From the NCBI GenBank assembly GCA_036482635.1, contig JAZFWH010000181.1:1-52555 (forward strand): 52,555 nt of DNA. Direction: 5' to 3'. The notes under the pieces were generated by a model. It was not told the origin of the DNA. It did no database searches and worked only from the letters and a program-made list of their open reading frames with translations. The position numbers and the translations under genes are program-made. Shown piece after piece: positions 41,271 through 49,206 of this stretch (within the stretch, counting starts at the first letter, position 1; every line of letters starts with the position of its first letter). The DNA comes from Myxococcota bacterium. Lineage in GTDB: Bacteria; Myxococcota_A; UBA9160; SMWR01.

Positions 41271-41792
41271 TCAGCTCTTCTGGTTGTACTTCTCGATGAC
41301 GAGGTCCGTGATGTCGAGTGCCTCGCGCGAGTAGAGCAGTCCCGGAGTCCCGCGGCGCAGGATCAGGGTGTAGCCCTGCGTCTTGCCCGCCTCCTCGATG
41401 ATCGCGCTGAGCTTCGCCACGAGGGGTCCCTCCAGGCGCTTCTGGTCGACCTTGAGCTGCCCCTCCGCCTCCCTCATCCGGGTCTGGATCTGATTGCGCA
41501 TCTCGACCAGATCGAGCTGCTTCTGGAAGAGCGCCTGGTCCGAGAGGACGAACTTCTTGGCCTTGAGGTCCTCCTCCAAGACCTTGTAGCGCTCGTAGAG
41601 CGGCTTCAGCTTGGCCTCCGCCTCCCGCTGCTTGCGGGCCAGCTCCTCGCGAGCCGCCCTGCCCTCTTCGGTCGAGCTGATCGCCTGGTCGATGTCGACC
41701 ACGGCGATCTTGAGCGGCTCGTCCTGAGCCGCGGTGCCCCAGACGAGGATCATCGCCAGGGCGAGCAAGACGAAAGCTTTGTGTACACGCAT
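41271..41792 (-). CDS. skp: OmpH/Skp-family periplasmic chaperone
   Basis: The 173-aa product has a signal peptide and a long basic/acidic coiled arm (ELARKQREAEAKLKPLYERYKVLEEDLKAK). It lies between bamA and lpxA. Confidence 0.85.
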   Translation of the reverse strand: MRVHKAFVLLALAMILVWGTAAQDEPLKIAVVDIDQAISSTEEGRAAREELARKQREAEAKLKPLYERYKVLEEDLKAKKFVLSDQALFQKQLDLVEMRNQIQTRMREAEGQLKVDQKRLEGPLVAKLSAIIEEAGKTQGYTLILRRGTPGLLYSREALDITDLVIEKYNQKS

Positions 41793-41850
41793 GATCCATT
41801 CCCCTTGTCAATCGGTTGGCTGCGGTTGGACGTCCCCGCCCGAGCGGGAT

Positions 41851-44800
41851 TCACAGACCCCCGCCGCCAACCGAAAACTCGAACACCGGAAAATCCTCGA
41901 CCGAGAGCTTGTCGATCGGAAAGCCCACGATCACGCCCAGTGGACCGAAAGGCGAGAACCACTGGACCCCGAGTCCCGTACCGTAGCGCCACTCGCCTAT
42001 GTCGAACAGGCTGTCCCCCTCGGCGAAGGCATTGCCCGTGTCGAAGAAGAGCAGACCCTGGAGGCCCAACAGCTCGGAGATCGGGAAGCGGTACTCGATG
42101 CTCGACGAGATGAACTTGTTGCCACCCACCACGTCGGTCGCGTCCAGGTTCGCGAAGTCGTCGTTCTTCGTATCGTCGATGTTGTTGCAGGTACCCGGGC
42201 CGTTCAGGCAGGCGCCGGTGCCCACGCCCGGGATCGGGGTGAGCGGATCGAAGCCCTGCGGGAAGAACACGCCGCCGTCCGGGGTGGGACTGCGTCGGAG
42301 GATCGCGCGCCGCGGCCCCACCGAGCGCGCCTTGAAGCCGCGCAGCTGGAACTGGCCGACGCCGCCCATGAAGTAGCGCTCGCTGAGCGGGAGCTTCATG
42401 TCGTCGTCGATGTCCGGAAGTGCGCGGACGTTGCCGCTCGCACTCCCGGCGATGAGCAGCTGATCCGCGGCGTCGGGAATCGGCGCGTCGTAGTCGCTGA
42501 TGTCGTTGAGCGGCAGCGCGTAGCCCACCCGCGAGCTCACCACGAAGGTCGAGCGCTCCGGCATCCAGCGCGGCGCGCCCAGGAACCAGGCGGCGCGCGC
42601 CTCCGCGCGCACGAAGCGCGAGAAGAGCCCCAGCCCGGCGACCTCGACCGAGCCCCCCAGCTGGTAGCCCGCCGTGGGCGCCATGCGGTCGTTGCGGGTG
42701 TCGGAGATGAAGGAGAGCCCGAGCTGGCTGGTGGTCAGCGTGTCGTTGAAGAGCTGGCGGAAGATGGTGGACGCGGCGTCGACGTTGGTGTCCTCGTCGA
42801 GCTGGCGCCAGTTGATGCTGTAGCGCAGGAACCCGCGGGTGCGGCCGTCCTCGCTGAGCGTATGGCCGAGCACGAAGTCGCCGCCGATCTGGTCCTGGTC
42901 GAAGTCCTCGAAGCGCAGCCGGGTCAACGACGCGTTGACGGTCATGCTGTAGGTGCTGCCGAATACGTAGGGGTCGGTGAAGCCCAGGAAGAAGCGCTGG
43001 GTCTCGCCTCCCACGTCGGCGGAGAGCCGCAGGTCGTAGCCGCGCCCGAACAGGTTCGACTGGGAGAGCGATCCGGTCACCACGATGCTGTCCTGGGAGG
43101 AGAAGCCCGCCCCGAAGCTGAACGAGCCGGTCGGTCGCTCCACCACGTTGACCTCGAGGTCCAGCTGCTCGGGATCCTCGGTGGGCTCCATCTTGATGTC
43201 CACCTCTTCGAAGAAGCCGAGGCCCTGAATGCGCTGGCGGGCCATCTGGATCGCCCGCTGGGAGTAGAGCTGGCCCTCCACGATCGGCACCTCGCGGCGG
43301 ATCACCGGGTCCACGCTGATGGTGTTCCCCGAGATATTGATCTGCCGGATGAAGTAGAGCGGCCCCTTGCGCACCTGGAAGACCACGTCGACCACGTCGG
43401 TGTCGGGGGAGAGGTTGCTCAACGGAGCCACGTTCGCGAAGTAGAACCCCCGGTTCGTGTAGAAGTCGGTGAGCGTGGCGACGTCCTCGGTGAGGTAGCT
43501 GCGGTTGAAGATCTCCCCCTCCTTGAGCTGCAACATCTCGTGCAGCGCGCCGATGTCCACGGTGGTGTCGCCGGACACGTCGATCGCGCCGACCCGGAAG
43601 CGCCGGCCCTCCGTGACCGGCACCGTGACCGTCAGGCCTCCCTCGGAGGGCACCACTTTCGGCTCGCCAATCTCCACCTGAAGGAATCCCGCATCGTAAT
43701 AGACCTTTCCGGCGCTGCGCAGGTCCTGCCGGAAGAGCGGCTCGGAGTAGGTCCCGGACTTGTCGAACCACGACGTGGCGTAGGACCAGAAGCGCCACGG
43801 CTTGGTCTGAAAGTCCGCGCGCAGCTCCTCGGCGCTGAAGGTCTCGTTGCCCGTGAACTCGATGTGTTTGAGCCGGAGCTTCTTGTTCTCCTCGACCTCG
43901 AAGTGGATGCCGACGGAGGTCTCGGACAGGGGCTCGACCTCGTAGCTCACCTCGGCCAGATAGTATCCCTGTGCGCGATACATCGTCTCGATCCGCGCCC
44001 GGTTCTCGAACAGCAGTGGGTACTCGAGGGTCGAGCCGGTCGTCAGCGTCAGGATGTCGCGGATCTTGTCGCCTTCCAGGTTGTCGTTGCCCGAGATCGA
44101 GATCTGCCGGACGATCGGGTTCTCCTCCACCTGGAAGATCAGGACCAGGCCGCTCGGGCCCGACTCGCGGTACACCTTGACGTCGCGGAAGAAGCCCAGC
44201 GCGTAGATGTCCCGCACGTCCTTGGCGACCGCGCCCCCGCGGTAGCGATCCCCCGGCTTGGTGGAGACGCGAGCGAGGATGGCTCCCGCTTCGATGCGGG
44301 CGTTGCCGCGCACCCGCACTTCGGCCACGCGCTCCCCCGCCCGCGGCTGCGGCCCGGCCACCGGGCCGAGCTGGCCGACGGCGGCGATCCGGAACTCGAG
44401 GACGACGCCCTCGGGACCGCGCTGGACCTCGACGGCGGCGTTGGCGACCGCCGGGTCGCCGCGCATCATCGCCAGGTCGTCGCGCACCGTGGCCGGGTCG
44501 TACGGCTCGCCCACGCGGGAGGTGAGTCGTTCGCGCAGGTCGTCCTGAAGCTCGGAGGCTCCGCGAAGCTCGATCCCCGCCACCACCGCCGGCGCGGCCC
44601 CGACCACTTCCGCGACCACCCGGTCGGCGACGTCGTTGACGCGCTCGAGCAGCTCGTCGTCGCGGTCCGCGGTCAATACCAGCGTGTGACTGCTCAACGC
44701 CGGCTCGGCCGGCGTCACCCGCACATCGAGGCTGTAGCGGCCGGCCAGCTCCGTGAGGCTGCCGCTCACGACCCACGCGGCGCCCAGCTCACGAGCCACT

Positions 44801-45099
44801 TCGCGAACGCGAGCTTCCGCCGCGGGCGCCGGCGCCGACCCGACGCGACCCGGGTCGAGCACGCGAACCTCGCCGCTGGCTTCGAGCCGCGCTCGCAACA
44901 GGTTCGCCAGCGATTCGCCCAGGTAGTCGAGGGGCTTGGCGCTGTGGACCCGAAAGGGCAGTACCGCCACGAGGGGCGCTTCGCCCGCAGCCGGGGTCTG
45001 TGCGTGGACGGGCGGCGCCGGCCACGCCAGACAGGCGGTCAGCAGCAGCGCGCCGGTCAGGCGCGAGCGGACCCGCCCGCCGCGGGCGTGGGCACGCAA
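41851..45099 (-). CDS. bamA: outer membrane protein assembly factor BamA, N-terminally extended
   Basis: Repeated POTRA units precede a C-terminal Omp85 barrel (ERPTGSFSFGAGFSS to FEFSVGGGGL). Loop 6 carries an LRGF motif and a Cys pair, as in E. coli. The signal peptide is LTGALLLTACLAWPAPPVHA-QT. The TTG at 45099 follows GGGAGG by 6 nt, while the ORF-track start is the GTG at 45120. Confidence 0.92.
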   Translation of the reverse strand: MRAHARGGRVRSRLTGALLLTACLAWPAPPVHAQTPAAGEAPLVAVLPFRVHSAKPLDYLGESLANLLRARLEASGEVRVLDPGRVGSAPAPAAEARVREVARELGAAWVVSGSLTELAGRYSLDVRVTPAEPALSSHTLVLTADRDDELLERVNDVADRVVAEVVGAAPAVVAGIELRGASELQDDLRERLTSRVGEPYDPATVRDDLAMMRGDPAVANAAVEVQRGPEGVVLEFRIAAVGQLGPVAGPQPRAGERVAEVRVRGNARIEAGAILARVSTKPGDRYRGGAVAKDVRDIYALGFFRDVKVYRESGPSGLVLIFQVEENPIVRQISISGNDNLEGDKIRDILTLTTGSTLEYPLLFENRARIETMYRAQGYYLAEVSYEVEPLSETSVGIHFEVEENKKLRLKHIEFTGNETFSAEELRADFQTKPWRFWSYATSWFDKSGTYSEPLFRQDLRSAGKVYYDAGFLQVEIGEPKVVPSEGGLTVTVPVTEGRRFRVGAIDVSGDTTVDIGALHEMLQLKEGEIFNRSYLTEDVATLTDFYTNRGFYFANVAPLSNLSPDTDVVDVVFQVRKGPLYFIRQINISGNTISVDPVIRREVPIVEGQLYSQRAIQMARQRIQGLGFFEEVDIKMEPTEDPEQLDLEVNVVERPTGSFSFGAGFSSQDSIVVTGSLSQSNLFGRGYDLRLSADVGGETQRFFLGFTDPYVFGSTYSMTVNASLTRLRFEDFDQDQIGGDFVLGHTLSEDGRTRGFLRYSINWRQLDEDTNVDAASTIFRQLFNDTLTTSQLGLSFISDTRNDRMAPTAGYQLGGSVEVAGLGLFSRFVRAEARAAWFLGAPRWMPERSTFVVSSRVGYALPLNDISDYDAPIPDAADQLLIAGSASGNVRALPDIDDDMKLPLSERYFMGGVGQFQLRGFKARSVGPRRAILRRSPTPDGGVFFPQGFDPLTPIPGVGTGACLNGPGTCNNIDDTKNDDFANLDATDVVGGNKFISSSIEYRFPISELLGLQGLLFFDTGNAFAEGDSLFDIGEWRYGTGLGVQWFSPFGPLGVIVGFPIDKLSVEDFPVFEFSVGGGGL

Positions 45100-45183
45100 G
45101 CAGTACCTCCCGCTGGGCACGGCGGTCTGGGGCGCCCGGCGTCGTAGACCGGGCCGACCGGGTGCACCTCTCGAACCCTCACG

Positions 45184-45212
45184 AGTCTAGTCGGCGGCCG
45201 GCCCAGTGACAA
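45184..45212 (-). promoter_or_regulatory. sigma-70-type promoter upstream of bamA
   Basis: On the minus strand, TTGTCA (45212..45207) is followed by a 17-nt spacer and TAGACT (45189..45184). An AT-rich tract (CTTCTAACTTACCGAGACCAAAGGAGAATC) precedes it. A 7-bp GC hairpin at 45278..45294 sits right after the lolD stop. Confidence 0.5.
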
Positions 45213-45298
45213 GCCCCCATGGCGAAGATTCTCCTTTGGTCTCGGTAAGTTAGAAGCGAGGCGCGGCCCGGGCTCGAGGCCGGCGCCGCCGGCCCGCC

Positions 45299-46009
45299 TC
45301 AGGCGACCGGCCGCGGCGCGGCGGGCGCGGCGGCCCCCTCCAGCTGGCCGTCCACCAGCACGGCCCGGCGCCCCAGCCGGGTCGCCAGCTCCGCGCTGTG
45401 CGTCACGACCAGCAGGGCCGTGCCGTGGGCGCGGTTCATCTTCAGCAACAGCTCCAGGACCTGTTGCCCGGTGTGCGGGTCCAGGTTGCCGATCGGCTCG
45501 TCCGCCAGCAGCAGGGCGGGCTCCAGCACCAGGGCGCGGGCCACCGCCACCCGCTGGCGCTCCCCCCCCGAGAGTTTGCCGACGCGATGCGTGAGCCGGT
45601 GCTCGAGTCCCACCTCGCCGAGCAGACGCGCCGCGCGCTCCTTCATCTCCGCGAAGCCGCGGCCGCCGATCAGGCCGGGCATCATCACGTTCTCGAGCGC
45701 GTTGAACTCCGGGAGCAGGTGATGGAACTGGAAGATGAAGCCCAGGCTCTGGTTGCGGAACCGCGCGAGAGCGGCGCCCCGCTTGGCCAGGAGATCCTCA
45801 CCGCGGAACGCGACGCTTCCCTCGCTGGGCCGGTCGAGCGTACCTAGAATGTGCAGCAGGGTGGATTTTCCGACCCCGGAGGCTCCGACCACGGCCAGCC
45901 GCTCTCCGGTGTCGATCGAGAGGTCGATGCCGCGCAGCACCTCGATCGCACCGTCGCCCGTGCGGAAGGACTTGCGCAAGCCGGAGACCTGCAGCAGCGG
46001 GCTACTCAT
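45299..46009 (-). CDS. lolD: lipoprotein-releasing system ATP-binding protein
   Basis: Motifs are Walker A GASGVGKST, signature LSGGERQRVAVARAL and Walker B LLLADEPIGNLD. The ATG at 46009 overlaps the lolC/E 3' end by 8 nt, and a GTG at 46012 is also possible. Confidence 0.9.
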   Translation of the reverse strand: MSSPLLQVSGLRKSFRTGDGAIEVLRGIDLSIDTGERLAVVGASGVGKSTLLHILGTLDRPSEGSVAFRGEDLLAKRGAALARFRNQSLGFIFQFHHLLPEFNALENVMMPGLIGGRGFAEMKERAARLLGEVGLEHRLTHRVGKLSGGERQRVAVARALVLEPALLLADEPIGNLDPHTGQQVLELLLKMNRAHGTALLVVTHSAELATRLGRRAVLVDGQLEGAAAPAAPRPVA

Positions 46010-47978
46010 CACGGAGCGCCTCTACGGGATCGAGGCGCGCTCCCTGGCGACTCGGGAGCAGGGTGGCGCCCAGGGCGAGGGTCATGGCGATGCCCGCCGC
46101 GATGGCGATCTGGCCCGCGTCGAGCTCGGCCGGGAGCGTCGAGAACTGGTAGACGCTCGCCGGCAGGGTGTCGAAGCCCACCACGGCCTCGATCTGGCGC
46201 TGCACCCACCCGATCTGCGCCGTGACCGAGATGCCGGCGACCACGCCCAGGGCGGTTCCGACCAGTCCGATCAACGTGCCCTCGATGGCGAAGATTCGTT
46301 CGATGCTGTCGTCCTCGGCGCCCATGGCCTTGAGAATCGCGATGTCGCTCGACTTCTCCATGATCATCATCACCAACGTCGAGACGATGGCGAACGCGGC
46401 AACCACCATGATCACCGTGAGCAGGACGAACATCATGATCCGCTCGCTCTTGAGGGCCTGGAAGAAGGCCGGAAAGAATTCCTTCCAGTCGCGGGTGTAG
46501 TAGGGAAAGCCCAGGCTCGCCTGCACCGCGTCGGCGACGATGCGCGATCGGTAGAAGTCCGTCGTCCGCGCCTCGATGCCGTCGACGACGTCTTCGCTGC
46601 GCCGGAAGTCCTGGGCCGCCGCGAGATTGACGTAGGTGAACTGCTCGTCGTACTGGAAGAAGCTCGACTCGAACACGCCGGCCACCTGGAAGCGCTTGAG
46701 GCGGGGGGCCGGGCCGAGCGGGGTCTGCGGCCCGCCGAACGGCGAGATCACCAGCAGCGGATCGCCGACGGCCAGGCCGAGCGAGCCGGCGAGCTGGCTG
46801 CCGATCAGGATGGTCGGATCTCCGTCTCCGCCGTTCGCCTGCGCAGCGAGGTCCTCGAGCGACCCGGCCACCAGATCCTCGCGCAGGTCCGTCACGTTGC
46901 CGACGCGTTCCGGATCGACGCCGCGCACGCGCACGGCCATGATCTGGCCGCCCGGACCTCTCACCATGCCCTCCGCGTCCACGAACGGAGAGGCGGCCAC
47001 GACCTCGGGAGTCTGGAGGATGTCTTCGAGCACTTCCCGGTAGTCCGCGAAGGGCCCCAGCCCGCTCTGGACGGTGAAGTGGGCGCGGTTGCCGATGATC
47101 TCGTCGCGCCAGGTTCGCTCGAAGCCGTTCATCACCGAGAGTACCGTGATGATCAGCCACACCCCCGCCGCAATGCCCAGGACACAGATGCCCGTGATCA
47201 CCGAGATCAGTGTCTGGCGACGCTTCGCGAACAGGTAGCGGACGGCGATGAACCACTCGGCGCTGAGCCGTGTGTCGAGGAAGCCGGCCGCCGCCAGGGG
47301 CAGCAGGCCGAGCAGCACGAACAGCCCGATTGCCCCGAGCAACACGCCGCCCCCGGCGGCCACCTCGGCGTCCGGACCCGGCAGCGCCAGGGCCAGCGCG
47401 ACGCCCGCGGCGAGGGCCACCGCCAGCACGCTCCACAGTCGCGCGGCCTCGCTGGAGCGCGCCCTCCCCGGGCGCCGCGCGCGCCACTTCAGCAGGCCTG
47501 CGGCTGCGGCCGCCACCAGGGCGGGCGCGGCGGCGTAGGCCGGCCTCCCGGTTCCGCCGACCACCAGGGCGTAGCCGAGGCCGAGCACTGCCACGCTCCC
47601 GGCCGCCAGCCACGCCGAGCCGATGCGGCGCAGCGCGAGCCAGGTCAGCCCCATGGCCGCGGCGATGCTCCCCGCGCCCGCGGCCGCCGCCACCGCCCAG
47701 GCCCTCAGCTGCGCCTCCGCGGGCTCGGCGACCAGCTCGGGGTTCCCCCAGCGCACGGCGCCCACCCCCACCAGCACCGACCAGCACAGGCCCACGCCGA
47801 GCGCGCTGCGCCAGCGCACCACGGCGCGGGCGAAGCGCTCGAGCGCCACCACGGCGGATCCCACGAAGAGCAGGGTGAGGGCGATGATGCCCAGCGCGAT
47901 GGCCACGATCATGCTGAGCGCGACCGTTCCACCCGCCGCGGCCAGCACGTCCCACAACGCCGCTGCCATGCCCGGCAT
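46002..47978 (-). CDS. LolC/LolE-family lipoprotein-releasing permease with ~240-aa N-terminal membrane extension
   Basis: The canonical part starts near IAVRYLFAKRRQTLISVITGICVLGIAAGV, followed by a MacB-like periplasmic domain and a C-terminal FtsX 3-TM bundle. The ATG at 47978 shares its A with the prfB TGA (TGATG). Confidence 0.87.
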   Translation of the reverse strand: MPGMAAALWDVLAAAGGTVALSMIVAIALGIIALTLLFVGSAVVALERFARAVVRWRSALGVGLCWSVLVGVGAVRWGNPELVAEPAEAQLRAWAVAAAAGAGSIAAAMGLTWLALRRIGSAWLAAGSVAVLGLGYALVVGGTGRPAYAAAPALVAAAAAGLLKWRARRPGRARSSEAARLWSVLAVALAAGVALALALPGPDAEVAAGGGVLLGAIGLFVLLGLLPLAAAGFLDTRLSAEWFIAVRYLFAKRRQTLISVITGICVLGIAAGVWLIITVLSVMNGFERTWRDEIIGNRAHFTVQSGLGPFADYREVLEDILQTPEVVAASPFVDAEGMVRGPGGQIMAVRVRGVDPERVGNVTDLREDLVAGSLEDLAAQANGGDGDPTILIGSQLAGSLGLAVGDPLLVISPFGGPQTPLGPAPRLKRFQVAGVFESSFFQYDEQFTYVNLAAAQDFRRSEDVVDGIEARTTDFYRSRIVADAVQASLGFPYYTRDWKEFFPAFFQALKSERIMMFVLLTVIMVVAAFAIVSTLVMMIMEKSSDIAILKAMGAEDDSIERIFAIEGTLIGLVGTALGVVAGISVTAQIGWVQRQIEAVVGFDTLPASVYQFSTLPAELDAGQIAIAAGIAMTLALGATLLPSRQGARLDPVEALRDE

Positions 47979-49133
47979 CAGCGCGCGCCCTCCTGCGCCG
48001 CCGACGTACCGGCCCGCTGCAACAGCTTCGCGCGGATGAAGCGGTCCAGGTCGCCGTCCAACACCGCTTCGACGTTCCCCGCTTCGACATTCGTGCGGTG
48101 ATCCTTCACGCGCTGCTGGGGGTGGAGCGTGTACGAGCGGATCTGACTGCCGAAATCGATCTTCTGCTTTTCACCGCGCAGCGCCGCCAGCTCGGCCTCG
48201 CGCTCGAGGCGCGCGTGCTCGTAGAGTCGCGCCCGCAGCACCTTCATGGCCGCCGAGCGGTTCTTGTGCTGGGAGCGCTCGTTCTGGCACTGGACCACGA
48301 TGCCCGTCGGCAAGTGCGTGATGCGGACCGCCGAGTCGGTCTTGTTCACGTGCTGCCCACCTGCGCCGCCCGCGCGGTAGGTGTCGACGCGCAGGTCCTT
48401 CTCGTCGATCTCCACCTCGATGGCGTCGTCGAGTTCCGGGAAGATCGACACGCTCGCGAAGGCCGTGTGGCGCCGCGACTGGGAGTCGAACGGCGAGATG
48501 CGCACGAGCCTGTGCACCCCCTCCTCGGCCTTCAGGTAGCCGAAGGCGTACTCCCCGGAGACGGTGAAGGTCACGCTGCGCAGACCGGCCTCCTCCCCCG
48601 ACTGGAGGTCGAGCACCTCGTTGCGGAAGTTGCGCCGCTCCGCCCAACGCACGTACATGCGGAACAGCATTTCCGCCCAGTCGCAGGCATCGGTTCCCCC
48701 CGCTCCGGCGTTGATCGACACAATGGCGTTGGCGGCGTCGTGATCGCCTCCGAGCAGGCGTCGGAGCTCCGCTTCCTCCAGCGCGGCGGTCGCGGCCGCG
48801 AGCTTCTGCGCCGCTTCGCTGCGCGTCTCGTCGTCGTCGGCCTCGGCGGAGAGCTCGAGCAGCACCTCCGCCTCGTCGAGGGAGGTCTCCAGCCCCGCGA
48901 AGAAGGCGATCTCGCGCTCGACGCCGCTCTTCTGCCTGAGCAGCTTTTCGGCGCGCCCGCGGTTCTGCCACAGGTCCGGCCGCGCGGCCTCGCGCTCCAG
49001 CTCGACCAGCCGCCGTTTCAGTCCGTCCGGGTCAAAGACGCCCCCGGAGCTCGTCCAGGCGCGCGCGCAGCTGCTGCAGGCGGTCCGAGAGCTCGCCGGA
49101 ATCGGCGGGCGGCGCTGTCGTCGTCTCAGTCAT
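47978..49133 (-). CDS. prfB: peptide chain release factor 2 (two frames joined by programmed +1 frameshift)
   Basis: Frame 0 runs from the ATG at 49133 (after GGAGGGG) through 33 codons to CTT TGA C. The +1 frame continues DPDGLKRRLVELEREAARPDLWQN and includes SPF and GGQHVNKTDSAVRITH. The GGQ and SPF motifs are both present. Confidence 0.93.
49031..49046 (-). other. RF2 autoregulatory +1 frameshift site
   Basis: The minus strand reads CGG GGG CGT CTT TGA C. An internal SD-like GGGGG lies 3 nt upstream of the slippery CTT, followed by an in-frame TGA and then C. This is the same architecture as E. coli prfB. Confidence 0.85.
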
Positions 49134-49206
49134 CGGACCCCTCCGCCCCGACATCCGCCCCGCTCGGCCGGATCGGCTCTCGCCGCCGGCGCGCAGCGCT
49201 GCGGCC

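Noticed and set aside
42115-42335. An apparently large insertion with a Cys pair (GACLNGPGTC) after the LRGF motif in the BamA barrel.
   Set aside because: As I recall it, E. coli BamA loop 6 has an equivalent long segment with a disulfide-forming Cys pair after VRGF. This is a conserved feature, not a novelty.
45179-45220. A 13-codon mini-ORF (MGACHWAGRRLDS) follows AAAGGAG upstream of bamA.
   Set aside because: It overlaps both the -35 and -10 hexamers of the predicted bamA promoter. The SD-to-ATG spacing is long (~10 nt) and there is no coding bias. It is more likely promoter or UP-element sequence.
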